A stretch of 60,018 nt of DNA, filler included. It is 6 parts of 6 records of this genome, joined end to end, with 100 filler letters (N's around TTAATTAATTAA, not from the genome) between each part and the next. Parts side by side here need not be neighbours in the genome. Positions count along the whole stretch, not along the records: positions 1 to 12,746 come from DRR378314_1851; 5 more parts are not named here. One strand, 5' to 3'. This document shows, piece by piece, positions 1 through 9,588 of this stretch (within the stretch, counting starts at the first letter, position 1; each line of letters begins with the position of its first letter). Position numbers and translations under genes: made by a program. The notes under the pieces are model-generated. The model was not told the DNA's origin and did not search any database. It saw only the letters and a list, made by a program, of their open reading frames with translations.

Positions 1-32
<32 letters not shown>

Positions 33-101
33 TTTGGCTGCCGCAAAGAAAATACTTTTTCCAACATAATCAAAGTACAATTACAGCTAATTCCAAATTT
101 C

Positions 102-899
102 TTAATCTTTCTTTACACTTAGGACCAAAACAGGTACCGGGGCATAAAATTCCGATTTAAGGATTGTATTCCTTTCCCATAGCTTTTTGAAGAATCCCCT
201 TTTTCTCCTAAAAACACATAATAAGTCTGGATGTTTGGCTTCAAAATGCTGCAGCACCCCCAAATAGGTCGATGGGTTTTCAGATTGGGTAAGTTCAGAA
301 CTCAGGCCCATTAAGGACATGTTTATTTTAAGGTCTTCCTTAGTGTAGCCAGGGGTTTTTACAAACAACAGGCTCACCTTGGAATCGAATTTTTTCTTGA
401 TTTCAACCAATGGGTATAAAATACTTTTCTGCTTTAATACCCCGGATTTAAAGGCGGTCAAAATTGTTTTAAACGGTTTAAAAACGGTCCCTTTTGGTAC
501 AATAAGGGTAGGAATATCGGTTTGTTTAACTATTTTTCCAGAAGTATTTCCTAGGTAATATTCTTCTTGGATGTCATTACTCCTGGGGGCCAAAATAATT
601 AGATCAATCCCCAAATCCCTGTCAATATCCTTAAGTCCATCAACAATATCACCATTATAAGTGGCAATCTTTATGTTAATATTCCTCGCATCCACTTTGT
701 CTATGACCCCTTTTATGTGCTCCTTGGTGCGTTCGTCCAGTTTTTCCCTGATATTGGCCAAACTGCTGGCACTGGAACTTACACTAAATACTTCCATTAC
801 ATAAATGTTGGAGTCAAATTCGGTAGCAAAATCCACCGCATATTGTAATGTTTCATGGGCATTTTCAGAGGTTCCTATAGGAACAAGGATATTTTTCAT
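102..899 (-). CDS. Universal stress protein (UspA family)
   Basis: 265 aa; N-terminal MKNILVP, internal LGNTSGKIVKQTDIPTLIVP and C-terminal PVPVLVL are typical of tandem Usp domains. Confidence 0.9.
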   Translation of the reverse strand: MKNILVPIGTSENAHETLQYAVDFATEFDSNIYVMEVFSVSSSASSLANIREKLDERTKEHIKGVIDKVDARNINIKIATYNGDIVDGLKDIDRDLGIDLIILAPRSNDIQEEYYLGNTSGKIVKQTDIPTLIVPKGTVFKPFKTILTAFKSGVLKQKSILYPLVEIKKKFDSKVSLLFVKTPGYTKEDLKINMSLMGLSSELTQSENPSTYLGVLQHFEAKHPDLLCVFRRKRGFFKKLWERNTILKSEFYAPVPVLVLSVKKD

Positions 900-1055
900 C
901 GGTTCAGTATTAATTGTTTTTAGCGCCTATACTTGTTTGTTGGTCAGACATGGCGTAGTTAAACATCTTGGTTATTACCAAATAAGGGGATCTTCCCTTA
1001 TTTTGATATCATTATTCATGAATAGCATAAATTTACAAATTAAATTCAACCGTTC

Positions 1056-1556
1056 ATGATTCGATTGGCAAAGATATTGGAAATTCCGGATATTCTGAAT
1101 ATTACACAAGCATGTGCAAAAAGCATGATAGACCAGGGCATTTATCAATGGAACGAGTATTATCCTTCTAAACAAGCCTTTGAAAATGATGTTGCCCGCA
1201 AGGAGCTTTATGTTTTGGAGGAAAATGATGAAATAATTGGGACAATAGTAGTGTCCACGCTAATGGATGGGGAATATTATCCCATTAATTGGTTAACGCC
1301 CAATAGAAATAATGTTTACATTCATCGCTTGGCAGTGCATCCTAAAAAACAAAGAAAAGGCTATGCCCAGGATTTAATGAATTTTGCAGAGGATTATGCC
1401 CGTAAAGGCGGGTTTATTTCCGTAAGGCTTGATACCTATAGTAAAAATAGCCGCAATAATAAATTCTATCAGGCCCGGGGGTATCAGCAGCTTGGGGATA
1501 TATATTTCCCCAAACAGAGTGAATTTCCCTTTCATTGTTATGAGCTAATTTTATAA
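1056..1556 (+). CDS. GNAT family N-acetyltransferase
   Basis: 166 aa; YIHRLAVHPKKQRKGYA acetyl-CoA motif A and VRLDT...N...FY...GY motif B. Confidence 0.9.
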   Translation: MIRLAKILEIPDILNITQACAKSMIDQGIYQWNEYYPSKQAFENDVARKELYVLEENDEIIGTIVVSTLMDGEYYPINWLTPNRNNVYIHRLAVHPKKQRKGYAQDLMNFAEDYARKGGFISVRLDTYSKNSRNNKFYQARGYQQLGDIYFPKQSEFPFHCYELIL

Positions 1557-1568
1557 AATATTTCTTTT

Positions 1569-2903
1569 TTGAAGACCCCGATCAATTTTAAAACGATTAA
1601 TAATCTTGCCATTCCCGCTACTATTGCGGGCATTGCAGAACCAATACTATCTATAACCGATACGGCCATAGTAGGCAACATTCCCCAAGACGGCATGGAG
1701 TCCTTGGCGGCAGCAGGAATAGTGGGTTCATTTTTGTCTATGTTGATTTGGATATTAGGGCAGACACGTAGCGCCATTTCCGCTATAATTTCACAATACT
1801 TGGGCGCGGACAAGTTGGAAAGGGTTAAAACCCTTCCGGCACAAGCCATTTTCCTGAACATTGTGTTGAGTATTGTGATTCTCCTTTCTACCGTTTTTGT
1901 CGTGGAGGAAATATTTGTTTTGCTCAACGCTTCCGGTAAAATTCTGGAGCTCTGTATTTCTTACTACTCCATAAGGGTATGGGGTTTTCCCTTAACCTTG
2001 TTCGTATTTGCCGTTATGGGAATTTTTAGAGGTTTGCAGAATACCTATTATCCTATGTTGATTGCCATTACCGGAGCTGTTTTAAATATAATTTTGGATT
2101 TTATTCTGGTATATGGGGTGGAAGGGATTATTTCCCCCATGTATTTGGAAGGGGCGGCATGGGCCAGTTTAATTGCCCAAGGTATAATGGCTGTCATGGC
2201 CTTTGTACTCCTGGTTACAAAAACAAATATCAGCCTTAGACTTAAATTCCCCCTACACCCGGAATTGGGTAGATTGGTGGTCATGAGCCTAAACCTTTTT
2301 GTAAGGGCGCTGGCCTTGAACATTGCCTTAATTTTGGCAGTTAGGGAGGCAACTGCCCTAGGGGACAAGTATATAGGGGCACATACCATTGCTATTAATC
2401 TTTGGCTTTTTTCGGCTTTTTTTATTGATGGCTATGGTGCTGCCGGGAATATTATGGGAGGTAAGCTATTGGGTGCCAAAAACTATGACGGACTTTGGGA
2501 TTTGGCGAAAAAAATAATGCTCTACGGTTTTGTGATTAGTTTGATACTTGCTGCGGTGGGCTTCTTGTTCTATAGGCCCATTGGGCGTATATTTTCCAAT
2601 GATCTAACGGTATTGCAAGCCTTCTATTCCATATTTTTTATCCTTATTCTTGGAATTCCAATGAATATGGTAGCCTTTGTTTTCGACGGACTTTTTAAAG
2701 GTTTAGGGGAAATGAAATACCTTAGGAATGTTTTATTGGTGGCCACTTTCCTAGGCTTTGTTCCTATACTCTTTCTTGGAAAATTCCTGGGTTGGGGCCT
2801 CTATGGCATATGGATAGCCTTTACTCTTTGGATGTTTATTCGTGGTGGGGCCTTGGTATGGAAATTTAGGCGAAAGTTTCGTCCGCAACTTCAAAACGTT
2901 TAA
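1569..2903 (+). CDS. MATE family efflux transporter (DinF-like)
   Basis: 444 aa, about 12 hydrophobic segments, DTAIVG, FRGLQNT, GAAWAS motifs; TTG start. Confidence 0.92.
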   Translation: MKTPINFKTINNLAIPATIAGIAEPILSITDTAIVGNIPQDGMESLAAAGIVGSFLSMLIWILGQTRSAISAIISQYLGADKLERVKTLPAQAIFLNIVLSIVILLSTVFVVEEIFVLLNASGKILELCISYYSIRVWGFPLTLFVFAVMGIFRGLQNTYYPMLIAITGAVLNIILDFILVYGVEGIISPMYLEGAAWASLIAQGIMAVMAFVLLVTKTNISLRLKFPLHPELGRLVVMSLNLFVRALALNIALILAVREATALGDKYIGAHTIAINLWLFSAFFIDGYGAAGNIMGGKLLGAKNYDGLWDLAKKIMLYGFVISLILAAVGFLFYRPIGRIFSNDLTVLQAFYSIFFILILGIPMNMVAFVFDGLFKGLGEMKYLRNVLLVATFLGFVPILFLGKFLGWGLYGIWIAFTLWMFIRGGALVWKFRRKFRPQLQNV

Positions 2904-2985
2904 ATTTGAAACAGCGCACTTTGTTTTTTAGAAAAATTTCGAAGGTGTAGGAATATTTAATTTGAATACCACTAACCATAATAAT

Positions 2986-3756
2986 ATGGGCACTAGCCGA
3001 TCTAACGGAAGTTTATATACCAGCATCGTCAATGGTGTGGCCACAGTAGAATTTGGACATCCTGCCAGCAATTCATTTGTATCGGAACTATTGGAAAGGC
3101 TCACCAAGACCTTGGGGGAATTATCCAATAAGGAGGAGGTCTCGATAATTCTATTAAAATCTGAAGGGAATAGGGCATTCTGTGCCGGAGCCTCCTTTGA
3201 TGAATTATTGGAAGTGGACAATTTATCCGAAGGTAAAATATTTTTCAGTGGGTTTGCCCATCTTATCAATGCCATGCGGACCTGTAAAAAGCTTATAGTG
3301 GGCAGGGTACAAGGTAAAGCCGTTGGCGGAGGGGTAGGAATTATAGCTGCCTGCGATTACGTATTTGCCGTAGAAGCGGCTTCCATTCGCTTATCAGAAC
3401 TAACCATAGGTATAGCGCCTTTGGTGATTGCACCAGCGGTACAGCGAAAAATTGGTGTTGCCGGCTTGTCGGAACTGTCGCTTTCCCCCAATGAGTGGAA
3501 AAATGCCTACTGGGCAAAGGAAAAGGGGCTGTTTTCCAAGGTCTTTGATAAACAGGATGAAATGGACAAGGAATTGGATATTTTTACGGAAAAATTGGCC
3601 AAGTATAATCCCGAAGCTATGGAGGAATGGAAAAAAGTGCTTTGGGAAGGTACGGGACATTGGGACACTTTATTGACCAACAGGGCAGAAATAACCGGAC
3701 GTTTGGCAATCTCTGAAGAAACTAAGCAAGCATTGGAAAAATTCAAAAATAAATAG
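2986..3756 (+). CDS. Enoyl-CoA hydratase/isomerase (crotonase) family protein
   Basis: AFCAGASF and GKAVGGGVGIIAACDY motifs. ATG at 2986 preferred over the TTG at 2962 in the ORF track. Confidence 0.9.
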   Translation: MGTSRSNGSLYTSIVNGVATVEFGHPASNSFVSELLERLTKTLGELSNKEEVSIILLKSEGNRAFCAGASFDELLEVDNLSEGKIFFSGFAHLINAMRTCKKLIVGRVQGKAVGGGVGIIAACDYVFAVEAASIRLSELTIGIAPLVIAPAVQRKIGVAGLSELSLSPNEWKNAYWAKEKGLFSKVFDKQDEMDKELDIFTEKLAKYNPEAMEEWKKVLWEGTGHWDTLLTNRAEITGRLAISEETKQALEKFKNK

Positions 3757-3759
3757 ATT

Positions 3760-4236
3760 ATGAGCAAGTTCCGCATTGAAATTAAATGGGCCATTATTTT
3801 TGCATTGGCAACCCTGCTTTGGATGGCCTTTGAGAAATCTATGGGCTGGCACGATGTACTCATAGAAAAGCACGCTATATATACCAACTTTTTTGCTATC
3901 ATAGCCATAGCAGTTTATGTATTGGCCCTATTGGACAAAAGAAAGGTGGATTACAATGGAAAAATGAGTTGGAAACAGGGATTTATCAGTGGTATCATTT
4001 TAAGTGTGATCATTGCCGTAATAAGTCCGTTGACACAATACATTACGAGTAATTTTATTACACCTGAATATTTTACAAATATTATTAATTTTGTGGTGGA
4101 TTCGGGGAAAATGGATCAAGAAGCTGCGGAGAGTTATTTTAATTTGAATAGCTATATAATTCAAAGTCTTTTTGGTGCATTGACCATGGGAATCGTTACT
4201 TCGGCGATTGTGGCGTTTTTTGTGAAGAAGCAATAA
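3760..4236 (+). CDS. DUF4199-like membrane protein
   Basis: 158 aa, four hydrophobic segments, ITPEYF motif; starts 3 nt after the crotonase stop. Confidence 0.75.
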   Translation: MSKFRIEIKWAIIFALATLLWMAFEKSMGWHDVLIEKHAIYTNFFAIIAIAVYVLALLDKRKVDYNGKMSWKQGFISGIILSVIIAVISPLTQYITSNFITPEYFTNIINFVVDSGKMDQEAAESYFNLNSYIIQSLFGALTMGIVTSAIVAFFVKKQ

Positions 4237-4275
4237 CTGGAACAGTTCACCGTTTTATTTTTTTAAACTTTTCTA

Positions 4276-4389
4276 ATGGATATTTTATCGTTCTTGAATG
4301 GGAACTTCGTTTTCCCTCTACTAGCCTTGGTTTTATTGGTAGTTTATTTCGTTAATCGAATTAAAAACAATAGAAAATATAAAAGATAA
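4276..4389 (+). CDS. Small single-pass membrane protein (37 aa, below ORF-track cutoff)
   Basis: MDILSFLNGNFVFPLLALVLLVVYFVNRIKNNRKYKR*: one hydrophobic helix plus basic tail; fills the gap between two genes and stops 5 nt from the convergent stop. Confidence 0.6.
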   Translation: MDILSFLNGNFVFPLLALVLLVVYFVNRIKNNRKYKR

Positions 4390-4394
4390 GTCGG

Positions 4395-5039
4395 TTATCT
4401 GGTCTTTAACCACCCAGTGATGCTAAGTCGTTCGCGATGGGCAGGTTTTACCTCGTGCTCCAATTCTTGACTTTCAAAAATAACGACCCTTCCCGGAAAG
4501 GGGGCAATATGTTTTGCCTCTTCCCCGTTTTCCGTGGGCAAGTATAGTACCAATTCACCACCATCTTTTTCTGATACCCAATCTGGTTCATTTAGATAAC
4601 AGACCATGGAAAGTTTACGCCTATCATCATTCTGAAAGGTGTCCAAATGCCTTTTATAAAAAGTGCCTTCAGGATAGATGGCATAGTGAAACTCTTTGTG
4701 CATGATTCCCATAAAACAAGTCTTGTTCAGATAATTGGCCAATTCATTTATTTTAAGAAAAAATTGCTGTTCCAGTACATCCTTACTGCTTTCATCCATC
4801 CAAAGGATAAAATCGCCACGGATAGCCTTAATGATCAATTCGTTGACACGGTTCCCGATAGCTGCTTTTTTAAATTGGTCCTCTTCATACTTGGCCAATA
4901 GGGAATCCCTTAATTGGGCCACATCTTCCGGCGAGAAAAAATTGTCTACAATACTGTATTTCTGGATTAGGATATCATCTATCACTTTTTCAAAAAGAGG
5001 ATTCTCCTTAAACTCCAGTTGTTCAAATAGTTCTGCCAA
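4395..5039 (-). CDS. 2OG-Fe(II) oxygenase (prolyl-hydroxylase/SM-20-like)
   Basis: YKRHLD (HxD), GGEL, HEV and R-x-S-x-x-x-W motifs. Confidence 0.9.
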   Translation of the reverse strand: MAELFEQLEFKENPLFEKVIDDILIQKYSIVDNFFSPEDVAQLRDSLLAKYEEDQFKKAAIGNRVNELIIKAIRGDFILWMDESSKDVLEQQFFLKINELANYLNKTCFMGIMHKEFHYAIYPEGTFYKRHLDTFQNDDRRKLSMVCYLNEPDWVSEKDGGELVLYLPTENGEEAKHIAPFPGRVVIFESQELEHEVKPAHRERLSITGWLKTR

Positions 5040-5234
5040 GTTTGTGTGGTTTTAAAAATCGGACAAAAATAAACGAAAATGCCATTGGTTTCACACAGTG
5101 TGTTAAGTGTGTATTAATTGTCCCTATACGCGCATTATGTAATTGTAATGTTTATTGTTGATTTTTATCTTATTCCCTGATTTCTAATACATTTTCATTA
5201 ACTTTTGGGCTTCAATTTCCAAATGACTCTATAA

Positions 5235-6443
5235 ATGAAACATGTTTTACCCTCTATTTTGTTAATTATGGCTTTCCTAATGGAAAGCTGTGGAGATAGT
5301 AATAAAAGTACTGATACAGCTGTAAATAAAAAGTGGTACAAAGGTAATCTTCATACCCATTCCTTCTGGAGTGATGGGGACGAGTTTCCTGAGACTATTC
5401 TGGAGTGGTATAAGTCGCACGACTATCAATTCATTGCCCTATCGGACCATAATACCGTTTCTATGGAGGAAAAATGGATACAGGTCAGGGAAGATTCCAT
5501 TTATCAAAAAAGCTTTGAGAACTATTTGGCAACTTATGGGGAGGATTGGGTAGAGCATAAAACGGACTCCGGAAAGGTGCATGTAAAATTAAAGACGTAT
5601 ACGGAGTATAGGGATCTTTTTGAGAAACCGGAAGAATTTTTAGTCATTCATTCGGAAGAAATTACGGACAGGTACGAGGACAAACATGTACATATGAACG
5701 CTACCAATATTCAGGAAAAAATAGATCCCCAGGGAGGTAATAGTATTTCGGAAGTCATGCAGAACAATCTGGATGCGGTACTTAAACAACGGAAAGAAAC
5801 GGGAGTTCCTATTATGCCACATATAAATCATCCCAACTTTTATTACAGTATTAGTCTTGACGACATGATATCCTTGAAGGGAGAGCGCTTTTTTGAAGTG
5901 TACAACGGTCATCCCATGGTTCATAATATGGGAGATTCAACACATATTTCTACGGAGGAAATGTGGGATCAGATCAATATATCCTATATAACGGCCAAAA
6001 AACCCATTATGTATGGTTTGGCAACCGATGATTCCCATAATTACCATAAAATGGGTAATAAATGGAGTAATTCCGGCAGGGGTTGGGTAATGGTACAGTC
6101 CGATACCTTATCTGCTCCCTCATTGATAGAGGCTATGGAAAGGGGCGACTTCTATTCTACCACTGGGGTTACCCTTAAAACTTTGGAATTTGGGGACAAG
6201 ACCTTGAAGGTGGAAGTGGAACCGGAAACAGGTATTGAATATAATATAACTTTTCTTGGATGTCTTAAAGGGGAAACCGAAGTCAAGGAGTTGAAGGCTG
6301 TGAAGGGAGGTTCTGCCAGTTTTGAGCTAACGGATGATATACTCTTTGTACGGAGTAAAATATCTTCTACAAAACTTCAGAAAAACCCAATAGAGGACAT
6401 CAAATACGAATCTGCTTGGACACAGCCCATACTCAATGATTAG
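5235..6443 (+). CDS. PHP-fold metallohydrolase lipoprotein (CehA/McbA or histidinol-phosphatase-like)
   Basis: Signal peptide with lipobox-like MESC; GNLHTHS, SDHN, NHP, EVYN, DDSH metal-binding motifs. Confidence 0.8.
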   Translation: MKHVLPSILLIMAFLMESCGDSNKSTDTAVNKKWYKGNLHTHSFWSDGDEFPETILEWYKSHDYQFIALSDHNTVSMEEKWIQVREDSIYQKSFENYLATYGEDWVEHKTDSGKVHVKLKTYTEYRDLFEKPEEFLVIHSEEITDRYEDKHVHMNATNIQEKIDPQGGNSISEVMQNNLDAVLKQRKETGVPIMPHINHPNFYYSISLDDMISLKGERFFEVYNGHPMVHNMGDSTHISTEEMWDQINISYITAKKPIMYGLATDDSHNYHKMGNKWSNSGRGWVMVQSDTLSAPSLIEAMERGDFYSTTGVTLKTLEFGDKTLKVEVEPETGIEYNITFLGCLKGETEVKELKAVKGGSASFELTDDILFVRSKISSTKLQKNPIEDIKYESAWTQPILND

Positions 6444-6458
6444 TTTCCCAGAATAAAT

Positions 6459-6466
6459 TACCTTTG
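6459..6466 (+). promoter_or_regulatory. Bacteroidota -7 promoter element (TAnnTTTG) upstream of queD
   Basis: TACCTTTG followed by C, 17 nt before the queD ATG. Confidence 0.55.
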
Positions 6467-6483
6467 CAGTCCAAATAAATAAT

Positions 6484-6933
6484 ATGGGCAACATTCGTAT
6501 TACCAAACAGTTTAATTTTGAAACTGGACATGCCTTGTTCGGTTATGATGGTAAATGTAGAAATGTACATGGGCATAGTTATAAGCTTTCAGTAACCGTA
6601 ATTGGGAAGCCTATTACCGATACTGCCCACGTAAAATTGGGAATGGTCATAGATTTTGGGGATTTGAAGAGAATTGTGAAGGAAGAGATTGTGGATCAAT
6701 TTGACCATGCTACAGTTTTTAATAAAAATACTCCGCATGTGGAATTGGCACAGGAACTAACGGATAGGGGGCACAATGTAATATTGGCCAATTATCAACC
6801 TACCAGTGAAAATATGGTTTTGGATTTTGCAGATAGAATAAAGGCCAGATTGCCAAAAAACATCAGCCTACATTCTTTAAAGCTACAGGAAACCGACACC
6901 TCCTTTGCAGAGTGGTACGCTTCTGATAATTAA
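6484..6933 (+). CDS. queD: 6-carboxy-5,6,7,8-tetrahydropterin synthase
   Basis: CRNVHGHSY, DFGDLK, FDH, PTSEN and ET motifs. Confidence 0.92.
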   Translation: MGNIRITKQFNFETGHALFGYDGKCRNVHGHSYKLSVTVIGKPITDTAHVKLGMVIDFGDLKRIVKEEIVDQFDHATVFNKNTPHVELAQELTDRGHNVILANYQPTSENMVLDFADRIKARLPKNISLHSLKLQETDTSFAEWYASDN

Positions 6934-6943
6934 AAAGGCCTGC

Positions 6944-7720
6944 ATGAAAACTATTGACGTTCCCGCGGGCAAGAAAATATACTTCTCTAGTGATAATCAT
7001 TTGGGGGCTCCTACCAAGGACCTTAGTTTTCCACGAGAAAAGAGGTTTGTGGCTTGGTTGGATACCGTAAAAGAGGATGCTTCCGCTATTTTTCTCCTTG
7101 GGGATCTTTTCGATTTTTGGTTCGAGTATAAAACGGTAGTGCCCAAGGGCTTTACCCGTACCTTGGGGAAATTGGCAGAAATTACCGATTCGGGCATTCC
7201 GGTATACTATTTTGTGGGGAACCATGATTTATGGATGAACGGATATTTTGAAGAGGAGTTGAACATTCCTGTATATCACGAACCACAATCCTTTTTATTA
7301 AATGGTAAGTCATTTTTAATTGGACATGGTGATGGTTTGGGTCCTGGGGACAAAGGGTACAAGCGGATGAAAAAAGTATTCACTAACCCCATATCCAAAT
7401 GGCTGTACAATTGGTTGCATCCCGATTTTGGCGTAAAACTGGCCCAATATCTTTCCGTAAAGAACAAAATGATTTCCGGGGATGAGGATATTAAATTTCT
7501 TGGGGAGGAGAACGAATGGTTGGTGCAATACTGTAGACGAAAACTGGAACAGCAGCACTATGATTATTTTGTTTTTGGGCATCGGCACCTGCCTTTGGAA
7601 ATACCCTTAAATGAAAATTCAACCTATGTGAATCTAGGGGATTGGATTTCCTATTTTACTTACGGCGAATTTGATGGGTCTTCCTTATCCCTGAAGAAAT
7701 ATGAGTCTTCCTTAAGCTGA
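6944..7720 (+). CDS. lpxH: UDP-2,3-diacylglucosamine diphosphatase
   Basis: SDNHLG, LGDLFDFWFE, GNHD, HGD, GHRH, NLGDW calcineurin-like phosphoesterase motifs; ATG at 6944. Confidence 0.88.
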   Translation: MKTIDVPAGKKIYFSSDNHLGAPTKDLSFPREKRFVAWLDTVKEDASAIFLLGDLFDFWFEYKTVVPKGFTRTLGKLAEITDSGIPVYYFVGNHDLWMNGYFEEELNIPVYHEPQSFLLNGKSFLIGHGDGLGPGDKGYKRMKKVFTNPISKWLYNWLHPDFGVKLAQYLSVKNKMISGDEDIKFLGEENEWLVQYCRRKLEQQHYDYFVFGHRHLPLEIPLNENSTYVNLGDWISYFTYGEFDGSSLSLKKYESSLS

Positions 7721-7864
7721 AATACAAGAGATTTTGCGGTCCATCTAGAGGGAAAATCGGAATACTGTTGATTTACCTGCTTGGCATAGTACAATTCGTA
7801 CTAAAATTTGTAGTTGCAGCCTGTTAATAGTACAATTTATTGATGCATATTAGTTATCAAAAAA

Positions 7865-9583
7865 TCAAAATTGATAACTATCATGTTCTTTTAGGTCCTT
7901 TAACTTCATTTGAAGGGCTATTTTACCCTGCCATTCGTTTTCATCCAATGTAAAAACGGCGCTAACGGTTTTGCTTGATACCGTAGGTAAATGCTTACCT
8001 AAATTAAACCCAATTGCATCAATTCCCGACCTCCTGGAGCCGTTATTTTTATCAAAAAGCTTACATTTTAAATGTTTTCCTTCTTGGCCAACCACTTTTG
8101 CGTAGCCGGTGTCGTTGAGATTTTCTACCATGAAAATAGGCGTCATATTTCCTGGGCCAAAGGGAGCAAATTGTTTAATAATGCGCATTAATTTTGGGGT
8201 AATTTGATCCATGCCAATTATACCATCTACCATAATTTCAGGAGACATTAGATTTGGATCCATGGTATTGGCAACCACTTCCTCAAATTTGGCTTTAAAG
8301 GCCTCGTAATTCTCTTCAAGTAAAGTTAATCCGGCGGCATACATATGCCCGCCAAATTGTTCAATGGTATCGGAACAGCCCTCCAAGGCCTCATATACGT
8401 CGAAACCTTTGATGGATCGAGCAGAGGCTGCCAATTTATTGCCGCTCTTTGTAAAGACCAAAGTGGGCCTATAATAAGTTTCAATGAGACGGGAGGCTAC
8501 AATTCCGATTACCCCCTTATGCCAGGTTTCATTGTATACGACCGAGGTAAAACCTTCCTCTTCTTTGTTTTCTTGTATCTGTAATAGGGCTTCTTGGGCA
8601 ATGATCTGGTCTAGGTTTCTTCTGTCCGTATTATATTTCTCTATTTCGGCAGCAAAAAATTCGGCCCGTGCCAAATCGGTTTCCTTTAACAGATTAACCG
8701 CGTGTTGCCCGTGCTCCATGCGCCCTGCAGCATTAATTCGCGGAGCAATTATAAAAACCACGTCTGTAATGGTAAGGACTTGCTTTTTTATCTGATTGAT
8801 GATTGCCTTAAAACCGGCTCTCGGATCTTGGTTGATTACTTGCAGCCCCCAATAGGCCATAACCCGGTTTTCCCCTGTAATGGGCACTATATCTGCCCCT
8901 ATGGCTGTAGCAACCAAATCCAAATAAGGAACTAAATCTTCAATAGTTTCCCCTTTATTGCTCCCCAATGCCTGGATCAATTTAAATCCTACCCCACAAC
9001 CACAAAGTTCGTCATAAGGATAGGAACAATCCGCTCTTTTAGGGTCCAAAACAGCTACTGCATTTGGTAAAGTATTCCCTGGCCTGTGGTGATCACAGAT
9101 AATAAAGTCGATACCCTTTTCCTTTGCATATTCAACCTTTTCAATGGCCTTTACCCCACAATCCAAGGCAATTATTAAGGAAAAGCCGTTATCCTCTGCG
9201 AAATCTATGCCTTGATAGGAAACCCCATAGCCTTCGTTATATCTGTCCGGTATATAGGTGGCCACGTTGGGGTAGGTGCTTTCCAAATAGGAAGAAACCA
9301 AGGCTACTGCCGTAGTGCCATCCACGTCGTAGTCCCCAAAAATTAATATATTTTCCTGCTCAGAGATTGCCTTTTCTATACGTGCCACTGCCTTGTCCAT
9401 ATCCTTCATTAGAAAAGGATCGTGAAGGTCTGAAAGCTGTGGCCTAAAAAACCTTTTGGCATCCTCATAGTTGGCAATGCCACGCTGTAATAATAGTTGC
9501 GCTACCAGATCTTCCACGTTTAGGGCCGCGGCTAACGCGTCAATTTGTGGTTGTTCAGGTTTTGGTTTAATGGTCCATCGCAT
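7865..9583 (-). CDS. recJ: Single-stranded-DNA-specific exonuclease RecJ
   Basis: GDYDVDG, DHH, PRINAAGR, GGH...AAG motifs. Confidence 0.97.
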   Translation of the reverse strand: MRWTIKPKPEQPQIDALAAALNVEDLVAQLLLQRGIANYEDAKRFFRPQLSDLHDPFLMKDMDKAVARIEKAISEQENILIFGDYDVDGTTAVALVSSYLESTYPNVATYIPDRYNEGYGVSYQGIDFAEDNGFSLIIALDCGVKAIEKVEYAKEKGIDFIICDHHRPGNTLPNAVAVLDPKRADCSYPYDELCGCGVGFKLIQALGSNKGETIEDLVPYLDLVATAIGADIVPITGENRVMAYWGLQVINQDPRAGFKAIINQIKKQVLTITDVVFIIAPRINAAGRMEHGQHAVNLLKETDLARAEFFAAEIEKYNTDRRNLDQIIAQEALLQIQENKEEEGFTSVVYNETWHKGVIGIVASRLIETYYRPTLVFTKSGNKLAASARSIKGFDVYEALEGCSDTIEQFGGHMYAAGLTLLEENYEAFKAKFEEVVANTMDPNLMSPEIMVDGIIGMDQITPKLMRIIKQFAPFGPGNMTPIFMVENLNDTGYAKVVGQEGKHLKCKLFDKNNGSRRSGIDAIGFNLGKHLPTVSSKTVSAVFTLDENEWQGKIALQMKLKDLKEHDSYQF

Positions 9584-9588
9584 GGTAA

